From contig JBEHYO010000001.1 of NCBI GenBank assembly GCA_048498135.1, forward strand, positions 45,022 to 109,021: DNA of 64,000 nt, given 5' to 3'. The notes under the pieces were generated by a model. The model worked only from the letters and a program-made list of their open reading frames with translations, searched no databases and was not told the origin of the DNA. The position numbers were made by a program, and so were the translations under genes. Positions 16,450 through 26,246 of the stretch are shown here, in pieces. The DNA is from Pseudomonadota bacterium (lineage in GTDB: Bacteria; Pseudomonadota; Gammaproteobacteria; Xanthomonadales; Rhodanobacteraceae). Positions within the stretch are counted from its first letter, which is position 1. Each line of letters opens with the position of its first letter.

Positions 16450-17442
16450 ATGGCCGCCGATACCGCCGCAATCGCGATCCCCTCCTCCGTCGTCGACGCG
16501 AAGCGCCGCAATGCGCGCGACGCGCGTGCCGACGGCCTGTTCCGCTGGATCGTCGCAGCGGCCGGCATGTTCGTGCTGCTCACGCTCACGGGCGCCGCGC
16601 TTTCGATGCTCTGGGGCGGACGCGAGGCGTTCTCGACGTTCGGCTTCAGCTTCCTCTGGTCGACCGAGTGGGATGCGGTCAACCACAAGTTCGGCGCGCT
16701 CGTGCCGATCTACGGAACGCTCGTCACCGCGCTGATCTCGATGCTGATCGCGGTGCCGGTCAGCTTCGGCATCGCGCTCTTCCTCACCGAAGTCGCACCG
16801 AACTGGATGCGTCAGCCGGTCGGCGCAGCCATCGAGCTCCTCGCCGGCATCCCGTCGATCATTTACGGCATGTGGGGCCTCTTCGTGTTCGTGCCGATCA
16901 TGGGCGAATACATCAATCCGTGGCTCAACGATCACGTCGGCACCTGGCCGGTGATCGGCGCGCTGTTCCGCGGACCGCCGCTCGGCATCGGCATGCTCAC
17001 CGCCGGCATCGTGCTCGCGATCATGGTGATCCCGTTCATCTCCTCGGTCATGCGCGAGGTGTTCCTGACCGTACCGACGCGGCTCAAGGAATCGGCGTAC
17101 GCGCTCGGCTCGACGACGTGGGAAGTGGTCTGGGACATCGTGCTGCCCTACACCCGCTCGGCCGTGATCGGCGGCGTCTTCCTCGGTCTCGGCCGCTCGC
17201 TCGGCGAGACGATGGCGGTCACCTTCGTGCTCGGCAACGCGCATCGTCTCTCCGCATCGCTGCTCGAGCCCGGCAACTCGATCGCCGCGACGATCGCCAA
17301 CGAGTTCACCGAAGCCGACTCCGACATCTACCGCTCGTCGCTGATCGCGCTCGGCTTCCTGCTGTTCGTCGTCACGTTCATCGTGCTGTCGGTCGCCAAG
17401 CTGATGCTGAACCGCCTGTCGAAGCAGGAGGGCGTGAAATGA
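16450..17442 (+). CDS. pstC: Phosphate ABC transporter permease PstC
   Basis: Multi-TM permease with a PstC-type EAA loop (LGRSLGETMAVTFVLGN). Position in the operon. Confidence 0.95.
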   Translation: MAADTAAIAIPSSVVDAKRRNARDARADGLFRWIVAAAGMFVLLTLTGAALSMLWGGREAFSTFGFSFLWSTEWDAVNHKFGALVPIYGTLVTALISMLIAVPVSFGIALFLTEVAPNWMRQPVGAAIELLAGIPSIIYGMWGLFVFVPIMGEYINPWLNDHVGTWPVIGALFRGPPLGIGMLTAGIVLAIMVIPFISSVMREVFLTVPTRLKESAYALGSTTWEVVWDIVLPYTRSAVIGGVFLGLGRSLGETMAVTFVLGNAHRLSASLLEPGNSIAATIANEFTEADSDIYRSSLIALGFLLFVVTFIVLSVAKLMLNRLSKQEGVK

Positions 17443-18299
17443 GCGCCGTCGCCGAGCGTCTCTATCGCAAGCGCCGCATCGTCAACGCGTGGAATCTCCT
17501 TGCGTCGGGCGCATGCGCGGCGTTCGGCCTGTTCTGGCTGATCTGGATCCTCTGGACGACGCTGAAGACCGGCCTCGCCGCGATGAAGCCGGCGCTCTTC
17601 TACGAGATGACGCCGCCGCCGGGCGCCGACGGCGGCATCGCGAACGCACTCTTCGGCAGCCTCATCATGAGCCTGGGCGCGATCCTGATCGGAACGCCGA
17701 TCGGCGTCGCCGCCGGCACGTATCTCGCCGAGTTCGCGAAGAAGCGCGCGATCGGCGAGACGATCCGCTTCGTCAACGACATCCTCCTGTCCGCGCCGTC
17801 GATCGTGCTCGGCCTCTTCGTGTACACGCTGGTCGTGCGCCAGACCGGGCACTTCTCGGGTTACGCCGGCTCGCTCGCGCTCGCGCTGATCGTGCTGCCG
17901 GTCGTCGTGCGCACGACCGACGAGATGCTGCAGCTCGTGCCGAGCCAGATGCGCGAGGCGGCGCTGTCGCTGGGCATCCCGCAATGGAAGGTGACGATGC
18001 AGGTGCTGTACCGCTCGGCGCTGCCGGGCATCGTCACCGGCATCCTGCTCGCGCTCGCACGCATCTCCGGCGAGACCGCGCCGCTTCTCTTCACCGCGCT
18101 CAACAACCAGTACTGGACGGCCGACCTGACGTCGCCGATGGCGAGCGTTCCGGTCGTGATCTTCCAGTATGCGATGAGCCCGTACGAATCGTGGCATGCG
18201 CTGGCCTGGGCCGGCGCGTTCGTCGTGACCGTATTCGTCCTGCTGCTCAGCGTCGTCTCCCGCGCGATACTTCTGCGCAACAAGGTGCCCAATGACTAA
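17439..18299 (+). CDS. pstA: Phosphate ABC transporter permease PstA
   Basis: The ATG overlaps the pstC stop (ATGA). [16 protein letters not shown]..., permease motif [15 protein letters not shown]. It is the last part of composite ORF 16350..18299. Confidence 0.95.
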   Translation: MSAVAERLYRKRRIVNAWNLLASGACAAFGLFWLIWILWTTLKTGLAAMKPALFYEMTPPPGADGGIANALFGSLIMSLGAILIGTPIGVAAGTYLAEFAKKRAIGETIRFVNDILLSAPSIVLGLFVYTLVVRQTGHFSGYAGSLALALIVLPVVVRTTDEMLQLVPSQMREAALSLGIPQWKVTMQVLYRSALPGIVTGILLALARISGETAPLLFTALNNQYWTADLTSPMASVPVVIFQYAMSPYESWHALAWAGAFVVTVFVLLLSVVSRAILLRNKVPND

Positions 18300-19122
18300 T
18301 TCCGCCGCCTTCGCTCTCTCGACGCCGGGGCAGTCCGCCGCGGCGGCCGCCTCGCCCGCGGCCGCGCGGGTGCCCAAGATGGCCGCGCGCAAGCTCGATT
18401 TCTTCTACAACGGCTTCCACGCGATCAAGAACGTCAGCCTCGACATCGCCGAGAAGCGCGTCACCGCGCTGATCGGACCCTCGGGCTGCGGCAAGTCCAC
18501 CCTGCTGCGCGTCTTCAACCGGATCTATTCGATCTATCCCAAGCTCGAGGCCAGGGGCGAGGTGATGCTCGACGGCGAGAACATCCTCGACGCGAGGTAC
18601 CCGCTGAACCGGCTGCGCTCGAAGGTCGGCATGGTGTTCCAGAAGCCGGTGCCGTTTCCGATGTCGATCTACGACAACATCGCGTACGGCATCCGGCATT
18701 ACGAAAAGCTCTCGCGCGCCGACATGGACATCCGCGTCGAGCAGGCGCTGCGCCAGGGCGCATTGTGGGAGGAGGCGAAGGACAAGCTGAAGCAAAGCGC
18801 GCTCGGCCTCTCCGGAGGCCAGCAGCAGCGCCTGTGCATCGCGCGCGCGGTCGCGTTGAAGCCCGAGGTGATCCTTCTCGACGAGCCGACCTCGGCGCTC
18901 GATCCGATCGCGACCGGCAAGATCGAACAGCTCGTCGCCGAGCTCAAGGAACACTTCACGATCGCGATCGTCACGCACAACATGCAGCAGGCCGCGCGCT
19001 GCTCGGATTTCACGGCGTTCATGTATCTGGGCGAGCTGATCGAGTTCGGCGCGACCGAGATCCTTTTCACGAAGCCGACGAAGAAGCAGACCGAGGATTA
19101 CATCACCGGCCGCTTCGGATGA
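18292..19122 (+). CDS. pstB: Phosphate ABC transporter ATP-binding protein PstB
   Basis: Walker [10 protein letters not shown], signature [14 protein letters not shown], Walker [12 protein letters not shown]. Overlaps the pstA end by 8 nt. Confidence 0.95.
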   Translation: MTNSAAFALSTPGQSAAAAASPAAARVPKMAARKLDFFYNGFHAIKNVSLDIAEKRVTALIGPSGCGKSTLLRVFNRIYSIYPKLEARGEVMLDGENILDARYPLNRLRSKVGMVFQKPVPFPMSIYDNIAYGIRHYEKLSRADMDIRVEQALRQGALWEEAKDKLKQSALGLSGGQQQRLCIARAVALKPEVILLDEPTSALDPIATGKIEQLVAELKEHFTIAIVTHNMQQAARCSDFTAFMYLGELIEFGATEILFTKPTKKQTEDYITGRFG

Positions 19123-19126
19123 TCTT

Positions 19127-19228
19127 TTCCCCTCTCCCGCTTGCGGGAGAGGGCTGGGATGAGGGCAAGCGCACGAAAGCCTTCCCTCGCCCGCCCTTCG
19201 GGCGGCCTCACCCGCGCAGCGGGAGAGG
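19127..19228. repeat. Composite palindromic (REP-like) intergenic element, copy 2 (pstB|phoU junction)
   Basis: CCCTCTCCCGC-tt-GCGGGAGAGGG, then GATGAGGGCA, an inner CCGCCC-ttc-GGGCGG hairpin, and a terminal CCCGC-gca-GCGGGAGAGG. Same family as 16309..16422. A single degenerate hairpin of the same type (CCCCTCT-N12-AGAGGGG) lies at ~60989..61014. Confidence 0.65.
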
Positions 19229-19252
19229 CGAAAATCACAGAGGCACAAACGC

Positions 19253-19981
19253 ATGAACGCAAGCCCCGGCACCAGCGACCACATCGTCAAGAGCTACGAC
19301 GACGAGCTCAAGCGCCTCACCGGCGAGATCCAGCGCATGGGCGAGATCGCGCTCGCGCAGCTCGACGCCGCGATCGACGCGGTCATGGAGCGCGACAGCG
19401 AGACCGCGATGCGGATCGTGCAGAGCGACAGCTCCATCGACGCGCTCGAGCACGAGGTCAGCCACGACGTCGTGCGCCTGCTCGCGCTGCGCCAGCCGAT
19501 GGCGCGCGACCTGCGCGAGATCCTCGCGGCGCTGCGCATCGCCGCCGACATCGAGCGCATCGGCGATTACGCGGCGAACGTCGCGAAGCGTTCGATCATC
19601 CTCAACCAGTCCGCGCCGGTGCAGCTCGCGTACGCGCTGCCGCGCCTCGCGCGCATCGCGGAAAATCTCGTGCGCGACGTGCTCGCCGCGTACCACGACA
19701 ACGACGCCGATCGCGCGCTCGCCGCGTGGGCGCGCGACGAGGAGCTCGACGAGCAGTACACGGGCCTGTTCCGCGAACTCCTGACCTACATGATGGAAGA
19801 CCCGCGCAACATCACGCAGTGCACGCATCTCCTCTTCATGGCGAAGAACCTCGAGCGCATCGGCGATCACGCGACGAACATCGCCGAGAACGTCTACTTC
19901 CTCGTGCACGGCGAGCAGATCGCGCAGATCCGCCGCAAGGGCGACACGACCGCGTCGGCGACGGCCGCGCCGTCGAGCTGA
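19253..19981 (+). CDS. phoU: Phosphate signaling complex protein PhoU
   Basis: Two PhoU repeats with ERIGDYAANVAKR and ERIGDHATNIAENV motifs. Operon position after pstB. Confidence 0.95.
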   Translation: MNASPGTSDHIVKSYDDELKRLTGEIQRMGEIALAQLDAAIDAVMERDSETAMRIVQSDSSIDALEHEVSHDVVRLLALRQPMARDLREILAALRIAADIERIGDYAANVAKRSIILNQSAPVQLAYALPRLARIAENLVRDVLAAYHDNDADRALAAWARDEELDEQYTGLFRELLTYMMEDPRNITQCTHLLFMAKNLERIGDHATNIAENVYFLVHGEQIAQIRRKGDTTASATAAPSS

Positions 19982-20097
19982 GGTTCCTCGGCACGGCGAT
20001 TCCGACGCGCACCGCGGAAGGCGCCGCCGTTCGATCTGCTATCCTCTTTCTCGCAAGCGGCACGACTGCACAGGCCGCAATCCGCGAAGAAAGTCCC

Positions 20098-21105
20098 ATG
20101 CTCAGCACCCGAACCACGACGCTCGCCAGGCGCTATGCCGCCGATTTCGCGGCAGCCAGGCCGTTCCGCTACGTCGTCATGGACGACTTCTTCGACGAAG
20201 GCGCCGCAGCCCGGCTTCTGGAGCAGTTTCCCGCCTTCGAAACAGGCAGCGCGCGAACCGAGAGCGGCACGCTCGGCAACAAATCGACCGTCGAGACGAT
20301 CCGCGCGCTCGGCCCCGAATACGCCTTCCTCGACGACCTGGTGCAGTCCGCGCCGTTCCTCGCACTGGTCGGCCGCATCACCGGCATTCCGGATCTTCTG
20401 TACGACCCCTGGTACTTCGGCGGCGGCACGCACGAGAACCGCAACACGCAGGACCTCGACGCGCACATCGATTTCAACCGCCATCCGATCAGGCACTGGG
20501 ACCGGCGCCTCAATCTCATCGTCTACCTCAATCCGGAATGGGAAGACGCGTGGGGCGGATCGCTCGAGCTCCATTCGGATCCGCATTCGCCCGACGATTC
20601 CGTCGTGACGATCACGCCGCTGTTCAATCGCGCCGTGGTGTTCGAGACGACCGAGCACAGCTGGCATGCGTTCCCGGAGATCCGCCTGCCGCCGGACAAG
20701 ACCGCGCTGACGCGCAAGTCGATCGCGCTCTACTTCTATTCCGAGACGCGGCCGGCAGACGAAGTCGCCGACACGCATTCGACGATCTACGTCGACCGCC
20801 CGCTGCCCGACTATTTCGCGCCGGGACGCGTGCTGTCGGAGCAGGACCTGCACGACCTGCGCATCCTCTTGATCCGCCGCGACCAGCACGTCACGCGCCT
20901 CTACGGCGAAATCACCGCGCTGACCAGGCAGCTCGAGGACGCGCAGCGCCACGCGCGCAGGATGGGGTGGCCGGCGGCGCCGATGCCGGGCCCCGGCGCC
21001 GAAGCGACGCAAGCCGGGCCGCCGCCGCTCCGTGCGCTGGCGCAGAAACTGCCGGAATCGCTGAAACGTCCGTTGCGCCGCCTCTGGTACGGCGCGGACG
21101 CCTGA
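20098..21105 (+). CDS. 2OG-Fe(II) oxygenase family protein (prolyl-hydroxylase-like) with a coiled-coil/Pro-rich C-terminal tail
   Basis: Internal ATG of composite ORF 19141..21105. FRYVVMDDFFDE..., HxD (AHIDFN), distal His (EHSWHAF) and Arg (RKSIALYFY), consistent with a P4H-type 2OG oxygenase. The C-terminal ~90 aa are helical (LRILLIRRDQHVTRLYGEITALTRQLEDAQRH). Confidence 0.75.
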   Translation: MLSTRTTTLARRYAADFAAARPFRYVVMDDFFDEGAAARLLEQFPAFETGSARTESGTLGNKSTVETIRALGPEYAFLDDLVQSAPFLALVGRITGIPDLLYDPWYFGGGTHENRNTQDLDAHIDFNRHPIRHWDRRLNLIVYLNPEWEDAWGGSLELHSDPHSPDDSVVTITPLFNRAVVFETTEHSWHAFPEIRLPPDKTALTRKSIALYFYSETRPADEVADTHSTIYVDRPLPDYFAPGRVLSEQDLHDLRILLIRRDQHVTRLYGEITALTRQLEDAQRHARRMGWPAAPMPGPGAEATQAGPPPLRALAQKLPESLKRPLRRLWYGADA

Positions 21106-21110
21106 TCGGC

Positions 21111-21851
21111 CTACGCGCTCCGCTGGCGCAGCGCCTCGAACAGCGCGATGCCTGTCGCGACCGACACGTTGAGACTCTCGATGCCGCCGCGCATCGGAAT
21201 CCGCGCGACGAAATCGCAGGCCTCGCGCGTCAGCCGGCGCATGCCCTCGCCTTCGCTGCCGAGCACGATCGCCATCGGCCCCTTGAGGTCGATCGAATAG
21301 AGCGACGCGTCGACGTCGCCGACGAGGCCGACGAGCCAGACGCCCGAGTCCTTCAGCGCCTTCAGCGCACGCGCAAGATTCGTCGCCGCGACCAGCGGAA
21401 CGCGATCGGCCGCACCCGCCGATGCGCGCCGCACCGTCGGCGTGATGCCGACCGCGCGATCTTTCGGCACGACCACCGCCGTCACGCCGGCCGCTTCGGC
21501 ACTGCGCAGGCAGGCGCCGAGGTTGTGCGGATCGGTGACGCCGTCGAGCACGAGGAACAACGCCGAGGCGCCGCCCTCCTCGACGAGCCTTTGCAAATCC
21601 GCCTCGGACCGTGGCGCCGGCGCGTTGTAGCGCGCGACGACGCCCTGATGCCGTGCGCCGCCCGTCATGCGATCCAGCGCCGCGCGATCGCGTGCGTGCG
21701 GCTTGATGCCGAGGTCGCGCGCGCGATCGGAAAGCTCCTTCAGCCGCGCGTTGTGCGCACCGCTCTCGACATAAAGCTCGACGATGTTGCCCGCGTCGTA
21801 GTTGAGCCCCGCTTCGACCGCGTGGATGCCGATCAGCAGATCCTGGCTCAT
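21111..21851 (-). CDS. rlmB: 23S rRNA (guanosine2251-2'-O)-methyltransferase RlmB
   Basis: SpoU/TrmH motifs (LDGVTDPHNLGACLRSAEAAG, VLGSEGEGMRRLT, IESLNVSVATGIALFE). Immediately downstream of rnr with a 4-nt overlap, the conserved rnr-rlmB pair. Confidence 0.9.
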   Translation of the reverse strand: MSQDLLIGIHAVEAGLNYDAGNIVELYVESGAHNARLKELSDRARDLGIKPHARDRAALDRMTGGARHQGVVARYNAPAPRSEADLQRLVEEGGASALFLVLDGVTDPHNLGACLRSAEAAGVTAVVVPKDRAVGITPTVRRASAGAADRVPLVAATNLARALKALKDSGVWLVGLVGDVDASLYSIDLKGPMAIVLGSEGEGMRRLTREACDFVARIPMRGGIESLNVSVATGIALFEALRQRSA

Positions 21852-24220
21852 CGACGCTTGCGCTCCGCTCGCTGCGGCGCCGGCGCCTCGGCTGTGACCA
21901 GTCGGAAATCGATCTTGCGGTCTTCAAGGCTCGCGCGCAGCACCTGCACGCGCACCGCGTCGCCGAGCCGGAACTTGAGCCCGCGCCGCTCGCCGGTCAG
22001 GAGATGCCGCACGGCGTCGAAGTGGTAGTAGTCGTTCGGCAGCTGCGTGATGTGCACGAGCCCCGTGATCTTCGAGTCGACGAGCTCGACGAAGATGCCG
22101 AACGACGTCACGCCGGACACGATGCCGTCGAACTCGCTGCCGACGTGCTTCTCCATCCAGGCACACTTGTAGCGCTCGTCGACGTCGCGCTCGGCCTCGT
22201 CGGCGCGGCGCTCGTTCTGCGAGCAGTGCACGCACATGCCGGCCATGTCGCTCGCGCTGTACGTGTATTCGGGCAACTTGCCGCCGCCGAGCGCGTAGCG
22301 GATCGCGCGATGGACGAGCAGGTCGGGATAACGCCTGATCGGCGACGTGAAATGCGTGTATGTCGAAAGCGCGAGCCCGAAGTGGCCCGGATCGCCCGGC
22401 TGGTAGACGGCAAGGCTCTGCGAGCGCAGCAGCACCGACTCGATCAGGCTCGCATCGGCGCGCTTTCGCACTTTCTTCAGCAGCGCCGAGAAATCGCCCG
22501 GCGTCACCTGGTCGACCGGCGGCATCGAAAGATGGAACTCCTTCAGGAACTCGAGCAGGTCGTCGTACTTCGACGCCGGCGGCGATGCGTGCACGCGATA
22601 CGGCGCCGGGATGCGCCGCTTGTGCAGGAACTTCGCCGCCTCGACGTTCGCGGCGATCATGCATTCCTCGATCAGCTTGTGCGCCTCGTTGCGCTCGTAG
22701 GCGCCGAGCTGCACCACCTCGCCCGACGGCGCGAGCCGGAACTCGACCTCGCTCGATTCGAAATCGATCGCGCCGCGCCGCTGGCGCGCCCTGGCAAGCA
22801 CCTTGTAGAGCTGATGCAGGTGCTTGAGCTGCGGCAGCACGTCGGCGAGCTCTTCGCAGGCATCGCGATCCTTCTCGCCGATCGCCTGCCAGACGCGGTC
22901 GTACGTCAGCCGCGCGTGCGACCGCATGACGGCGGCGTAGAACTTCGAGCGCTCGACTTCGCCTTCGCGATCGACCTGCATGTCGCAGACCATGCAGAGC
23001 CGCTCGACCCTCGGATTCAGCGAGCAGATCCCGTTCGACAGCGTTTCGGGCAGCATCGGCACGACGAAGCCCGGGAAATACACCGACGTCGCGCGGTTGT
23101 AGGCCTCGGCATCGAGCGCGCTGCCGGGCTTGACGTAATGCGAAACGTCGGCGATCGCCACGATCAGGCGAAAGCCGTTCGCGTTCGGCTCGGCGTAGAC
23201 GGCATCGTCGAAATCGCGCGCATCCGCGCCGTCGATCGTCACCAGCGGCACGGCACGAAGATCGACGCGGCCGGCGATCTCGCCGGCCGCCACCTCCGGC
23301 TCGACGTCGGCCGCCTCGCGCAGCGTCGCCGCCGGCCATTCGTTCGGAAGACCGTGGCTCGCAATCGCCATCTCGACGACGAGCGAGGGCGTCAGGCGCT
23401 CGCCGAGCACGGCGAGAATGCGGCCCATCGGGCCGCGATACGCGGTCGGCTGATCGGTGATCTCGGCGACGACGATCTGCCCCGAGCGCGCGCCGCGATC
23501 CTTGCCGGCCGCGATCATGATGTGCTGATGCAGGCGCCGATCGTCCGGCACGACGCTGACGACGCCGTTCTGCTCGACGACTCGCCCGACGAGCCGCGGC
23601 GAGCGCCGATCGAGAACCTCGACGATCGCGCCCTGGCGCCGGCCGCGCCGGTCGAGGCCGACGACGCTGGCGAGCACGCGATCGCCGTGCAACACCTTGC
23701 GCATCTCGGCCGGCGAGAGATAGAGATCGTCGCCGCCCGCATCGGGACGCAGGAACCCATAGCCCTCCGCGTTCGCGATGACGCCGCCCGGGATCAGGTC
23801 GAGCTTGCTCGCCACGCCGTAGCCGCCGCGGCGGTTCTGGATCAGCTGGCCGTCGCGCAGCATCGCGGCGAGACGCTTCGTCAGCGCGTCGAAGTCCGGC
23901 GCGGCGTTGAGGCCGAGCTCGTCCGCGATCGCCTCGGCCTTCATGAGCTGGCCGTGCTTTTCGAGGAACCCGAGGATCGCCTCGCGGCTCGGAATCGGCC
24001 GTTCGTACCGGCTCGCCTCGCGCAGGGCGTGCGGATCGTCCATGCGCGGCGCGGGCTTGGCGGCCTTGCGCGGGGGCCCGGGCGGCGCGGCGGTCGGCGC
24101 TTCGGGCAGCCATTTCGGCGGACCGGCGCGACGGCCGGGACCGCGCTTTCGCGGCGCGCCTGCATCGCGCCCGGACGAGGTGCGTTTACGTTTCAAGGGA
24201 GACGTCCCGGAGGCATCCAC
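21848..24220 (-). CDS. rnr: Ribonuclease R
   Basis: RNB domain (VTIDGADARDFDDAVYAE, HFGLALSTYTHFTSPIRRYPDL) and an S1 domain (FDGIVSGVTSFGIFVEL). The ORF begins at GTG 24220. An alternative ATG at 24043 (MDDPHALREASRYERPIPSREAIL) matches the E. coli N-terminus, so the 59-aa basic leader is uncertain. Confidence 0.88.
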   Translation of the reverse strand: MDASGTSPLKRKRTSSGRDAGAPRKRGPGRRAGPPKWLPEAPTAAPPGPPRKAAKPAPRMDDPHALREASRYERPIPSREAILGFLEKHGQLMKAEAIADELGLNAAPDFDALTKRLAAMLRDGQLIQNRRGGYGVASKLDLIPGGVIANAEGYGFLRPDAGGDDLYLSPAEMRKVLHGDRVLASVVGLDRRGRRQGAIVEVLDRRSPRLVGRVVEQNGVVSVVPDDRRLHQHIMIAAGKDRGARSGQIVVAEITDQPTAYRGPMGRILAVLGERLTPSLVVEMAIASHGLPNEWPAATLREAADVEPEVAAGEIAGRVDLRAVPLVTIDGADARDFDDAVYAEPNANGFRLIVAIADVSHYVKPGSALDAEAYNRATSVYFPGFVVPMLPETLSNGICSLNPRVERLCMVCDMQVDREGEVERSKFYAAVMRSHARLTYDRVWQAIGEKDRDACEELADVLPQLKHLHQLYKVLARARQRRGAIDFESSEVEFRLAPSGEVVQLGAYERNEAHKLIEECMIAANVEAAKFLHKRRIPAPYRVHASPPASKYDDLLEFLKEFHLSMPPVDQVTPGDFSALLKKVRKRADASLIESVLLRSQSLAVYQPGDPGHFGLALSTYTHFTSPIRRYPDLLVHRAIRYALGGGKLPEYTYSASDMAGMCVHCSQNERRADEAERDVDERYKCAWMEKHVGSEFDGIVSGVTSFGIFVELVDSKITGLVHITQLPNDYYHFDAVRHLLTGERRGLKFRLGDAVRVQVLRASLEDRKIDFRLVTAEAPAPQRAERKRR

Positions 24221-24330
24221 GCGAGCGTCGCCGAGCGACGGTGCGAATGCAAGTCATTGCGTTGACAAGGCCCTCGCCCGGCCAGTATCGTTCGCGCCCC
24301 CGAAAGGATGCCGTCCGGCGTCCGCACCCT

Positions 24331-24415
<85 letters not shown>

Positions 24416-24542
24416 TCTGTGGTTCGCCGTCGAAGGCTCACCGACGTCAAGGCACGCGGCCCCAAACCGCGCCAGACGGCCCGCACGCGCGTCGCTGACC
24501 GAGGGCCATGTCGCACCGCATGACATGAAGCCGTCCAGGTTG

Positions 24543-25484
24543 CTACGTCTGGCGCGCGATCGAGCGAGGGCGTGGCTGTGACGCACAGTCGACATCGGCG
24601 GGCATGCCGTCGTCGAGGACGAGCGCCGGATGATCGCCGATCGAACGGCCTTGCTGCGCCGATCGGTCCGGCGCGGCCGATTCGGAGCGGCAACGGCGCG
24701 CAGCCTTGCTGCGGTACATCGAAGCATCGGCGTACCGAAGCAGCGCGTCGCAGTGCTCGCCGTGCGTGGGATAGACAGCGAAGCCGATCGAGGCGCTGAT
24801 GCGGACCTCGTTGTCGTCGATCCCATAGGATCCGTCGATCCGTTCCCGGATCTTCTCGGCGATCGAATCCACCAGTGCCGAATCGCGGATCTTGGACATG
24901 AGCACGACGAACTCGTCGCCGCCATAGCGACACGCGATGTCGTCGACCCGGATCGCCGTCAGAAGTCTGCTGGCCACGACAGCGAGCAGCTTGTCGCCGA
25001 CCGTGTGGCCGAGCTGGTCGTTGACGTCCTTGAAGTCATCGAGATCGATGAACAGCAGTGCGATCTGGCTTTCGCCATTGGACGCGATCGAAATGCTCTC
25101 CTGCAGCCGCGTCATCAACGACAGGCGATTGGGAAGGCCGGTGAGCGCATCGTGATGAGCGAGGTGATACGCGGCCGTTCCGCGCCGCGAGGCGTCGGCC
25201 AATGCGCGCGCCAGTTGCCGGTTCCTTGCCTTCAGGATGAGGTTTTCGCGGTTTGCCGAGCGCAGCTTTTCCTGTACCGCACCGAGCGTGAGCTGTTCGT
25301 CTTCGCAAACGTCCGAGGCCCTGCGCCCACGCGACGGTCGTGCTTGCGCGAACGCTGCCGGCGCGCGGGCCGCCGTCGGCGCGCCGTCGACGATGGCGCT
25401 GTCGCCCTCTCGTTCCTTGTCTTCGGATTGCGGCTGGCGCACCGCGTTGCCGACCGACGATTTCGTACCAAGTTCCGGCATCAT
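24543..25484 (-). CDS. GGDEF-domain diguanylate cyclase with an N-terminal coiled coil
   Basis: HHDALTGLPNR, FIDLDDFKDVNDQLGH, RYGGDEFVVL and ADASMYRSK motifs. Start taken as ATG-ATG at 25484. The ORF track extends to GTG 25589, directly abutting the upstream ORF stop. Confidence 0.8.
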   Translation of the reverse strand: MMPELGTKSSVGNAVRQPQSEDKEREGDSAIVDGAPTAARAPAAFAQARPSRGRRASDVCEDEQLTLGAVQEKLRSANRENLILKARNRQLARALADASRRGTAAYHLAHHDALTGLPNRLSLMTRLQESISIASNGESQIALLFIDLDDFKDVNDQLGHTVGDKLLAVVASRLLTAIRVDDIACRYGGDEFVVLMSKIRDSALVDSIAEKIRERIDGSYGIDDNEVRISASIGFAVYPTHGEHCDALLRYADASMYRSKAARRCRSESAAPDRSAQQGRSIGDHPALVLDDGMPADVDCASQPRPRSIARQT

Positions 25485-25589
25485 GCGTGTCCCGACGGCC
25501 GCGACAACAAACGTATGCAAGCGACGAATCTCATGCGAGCGGGCAGCGAAGTGCGCGGGCACGCCTCGCGCGGCGCCGACACGGCCCAC

Positions 25590-26117
25590 CTATTCATCGG
25601 TATTACGCTGCAGCCAGCTCATGAGGTCGCGCAACTGGTCGTAGGCGGTATGCGTCATCTCCATCAAGCGATGCGTCTGCTGCTGCTGCGCGCATGAGGT
25701 GACCTGCTCGTCGAACTGCTCCGCGCGCGCGTTGAGCGCCCATAATGTTTGAGCCAATGTGCCGTCAATGTAATTCTTGATCCACACGAGCTTGGCGCGG
25801 TCGTTGTGCCCGGCGATTGCCGCATTCGTGTGGGGCGCACCATCCGGCGGCTCGATCTTCGGCCGTACTCCGAGTTCCCGCTCCATGCGCGTATTGTCGA
25901 TCGCCAGCAGCTCATTGCTGCGGCGAACATCGGCAAGAAGCGTCTTGTGATTCGAAATGAGGGCTTTGAGCGCGGCAAGATTGCTCGCAGGCGCACAAGT
26001 GGCGGCCTCGGGCCTCGGCGCAGCGCTCGACCGCACGCTGCGGCCGCTTTCGGCGCGCGGCGCTTCCGGCGCCGAGGCGTCGTTCCTGGAAAGATGATCG
26101 GAATTCGTTTCTCGCAT
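25590..26117 (-). CDS. Hypothetical protein (predicted helical, no recognised domain)
   Basis: 175-aa ORF in a visibly more AT-rich stretch, ending 1 nt before the GGDEF frame. The sequence looks protein-like (LAALKALISNHKTLLADVRRSNELLAIDNTRMEREL...). No SD and no family recognised. Confidence 0.45.
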   Translation of the reverse strand: MRETNSDHLSRNDASAPEAPRAESGRSVRSSAAPRPEAATCAPASNLAALKALISNHKTLLADVRRSNELLAIDNTRMERELGVRPKIEPPDGAPHTNAAIAGHNDRAKLVWIKNYIDGTLAQTLWALNARAEQFDEQVTSCAQQQQTHRLMEMTHTAYDQLRDLMSWLQRNTDE

Positions 26118-26246
26118 GGAAGCGACTTCGCATTTCGTGATGCATCGTCAATCGCTGAAAAGATAATCGCCGATGCCCGCGATATCCGTTGGTTGAGATA
26201 CATTGAAAAAGACGATTATCGAGGGCAGACGGCCGCTGCGCCGCGA

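Noticed and set aside
16350-18299. Composite ORFs suggesting oversized proteins: 16350..18299 (649 aa), 19141..21105 (654 aa), 34369..36333 (654 aa), 40623..42098 (491 aa), 44083..45693 (536 aa) and 59278..60666 (462 aa).
   Set aside because: Only the 3' portions match real families (pstA, the 2OG oxygenase, hflC, xseB, yjgA and nadD). The 5' portions run through neighbouring genes in another frame. Internal starts with ATGA coupling or an RBS were used instead.
18231-18300. Apparent 1-nt discrepancies between my hand-counted positions and the ORF-track coordinates near 18.29 kb and 47.24-47.32 kb. These could suggest frameshifts in pstA/pstB or tldD/yhdP.
   Set aside because: The ORF-track translations are uninterrupted and full length for all four genes, and the coordinates re-synchronise nearby. 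This is most likely my own counting error, not a real indel. I used the ORF-track coordinates for CDSs and flagged manual coordinates as accurate to within 1-2 nt.
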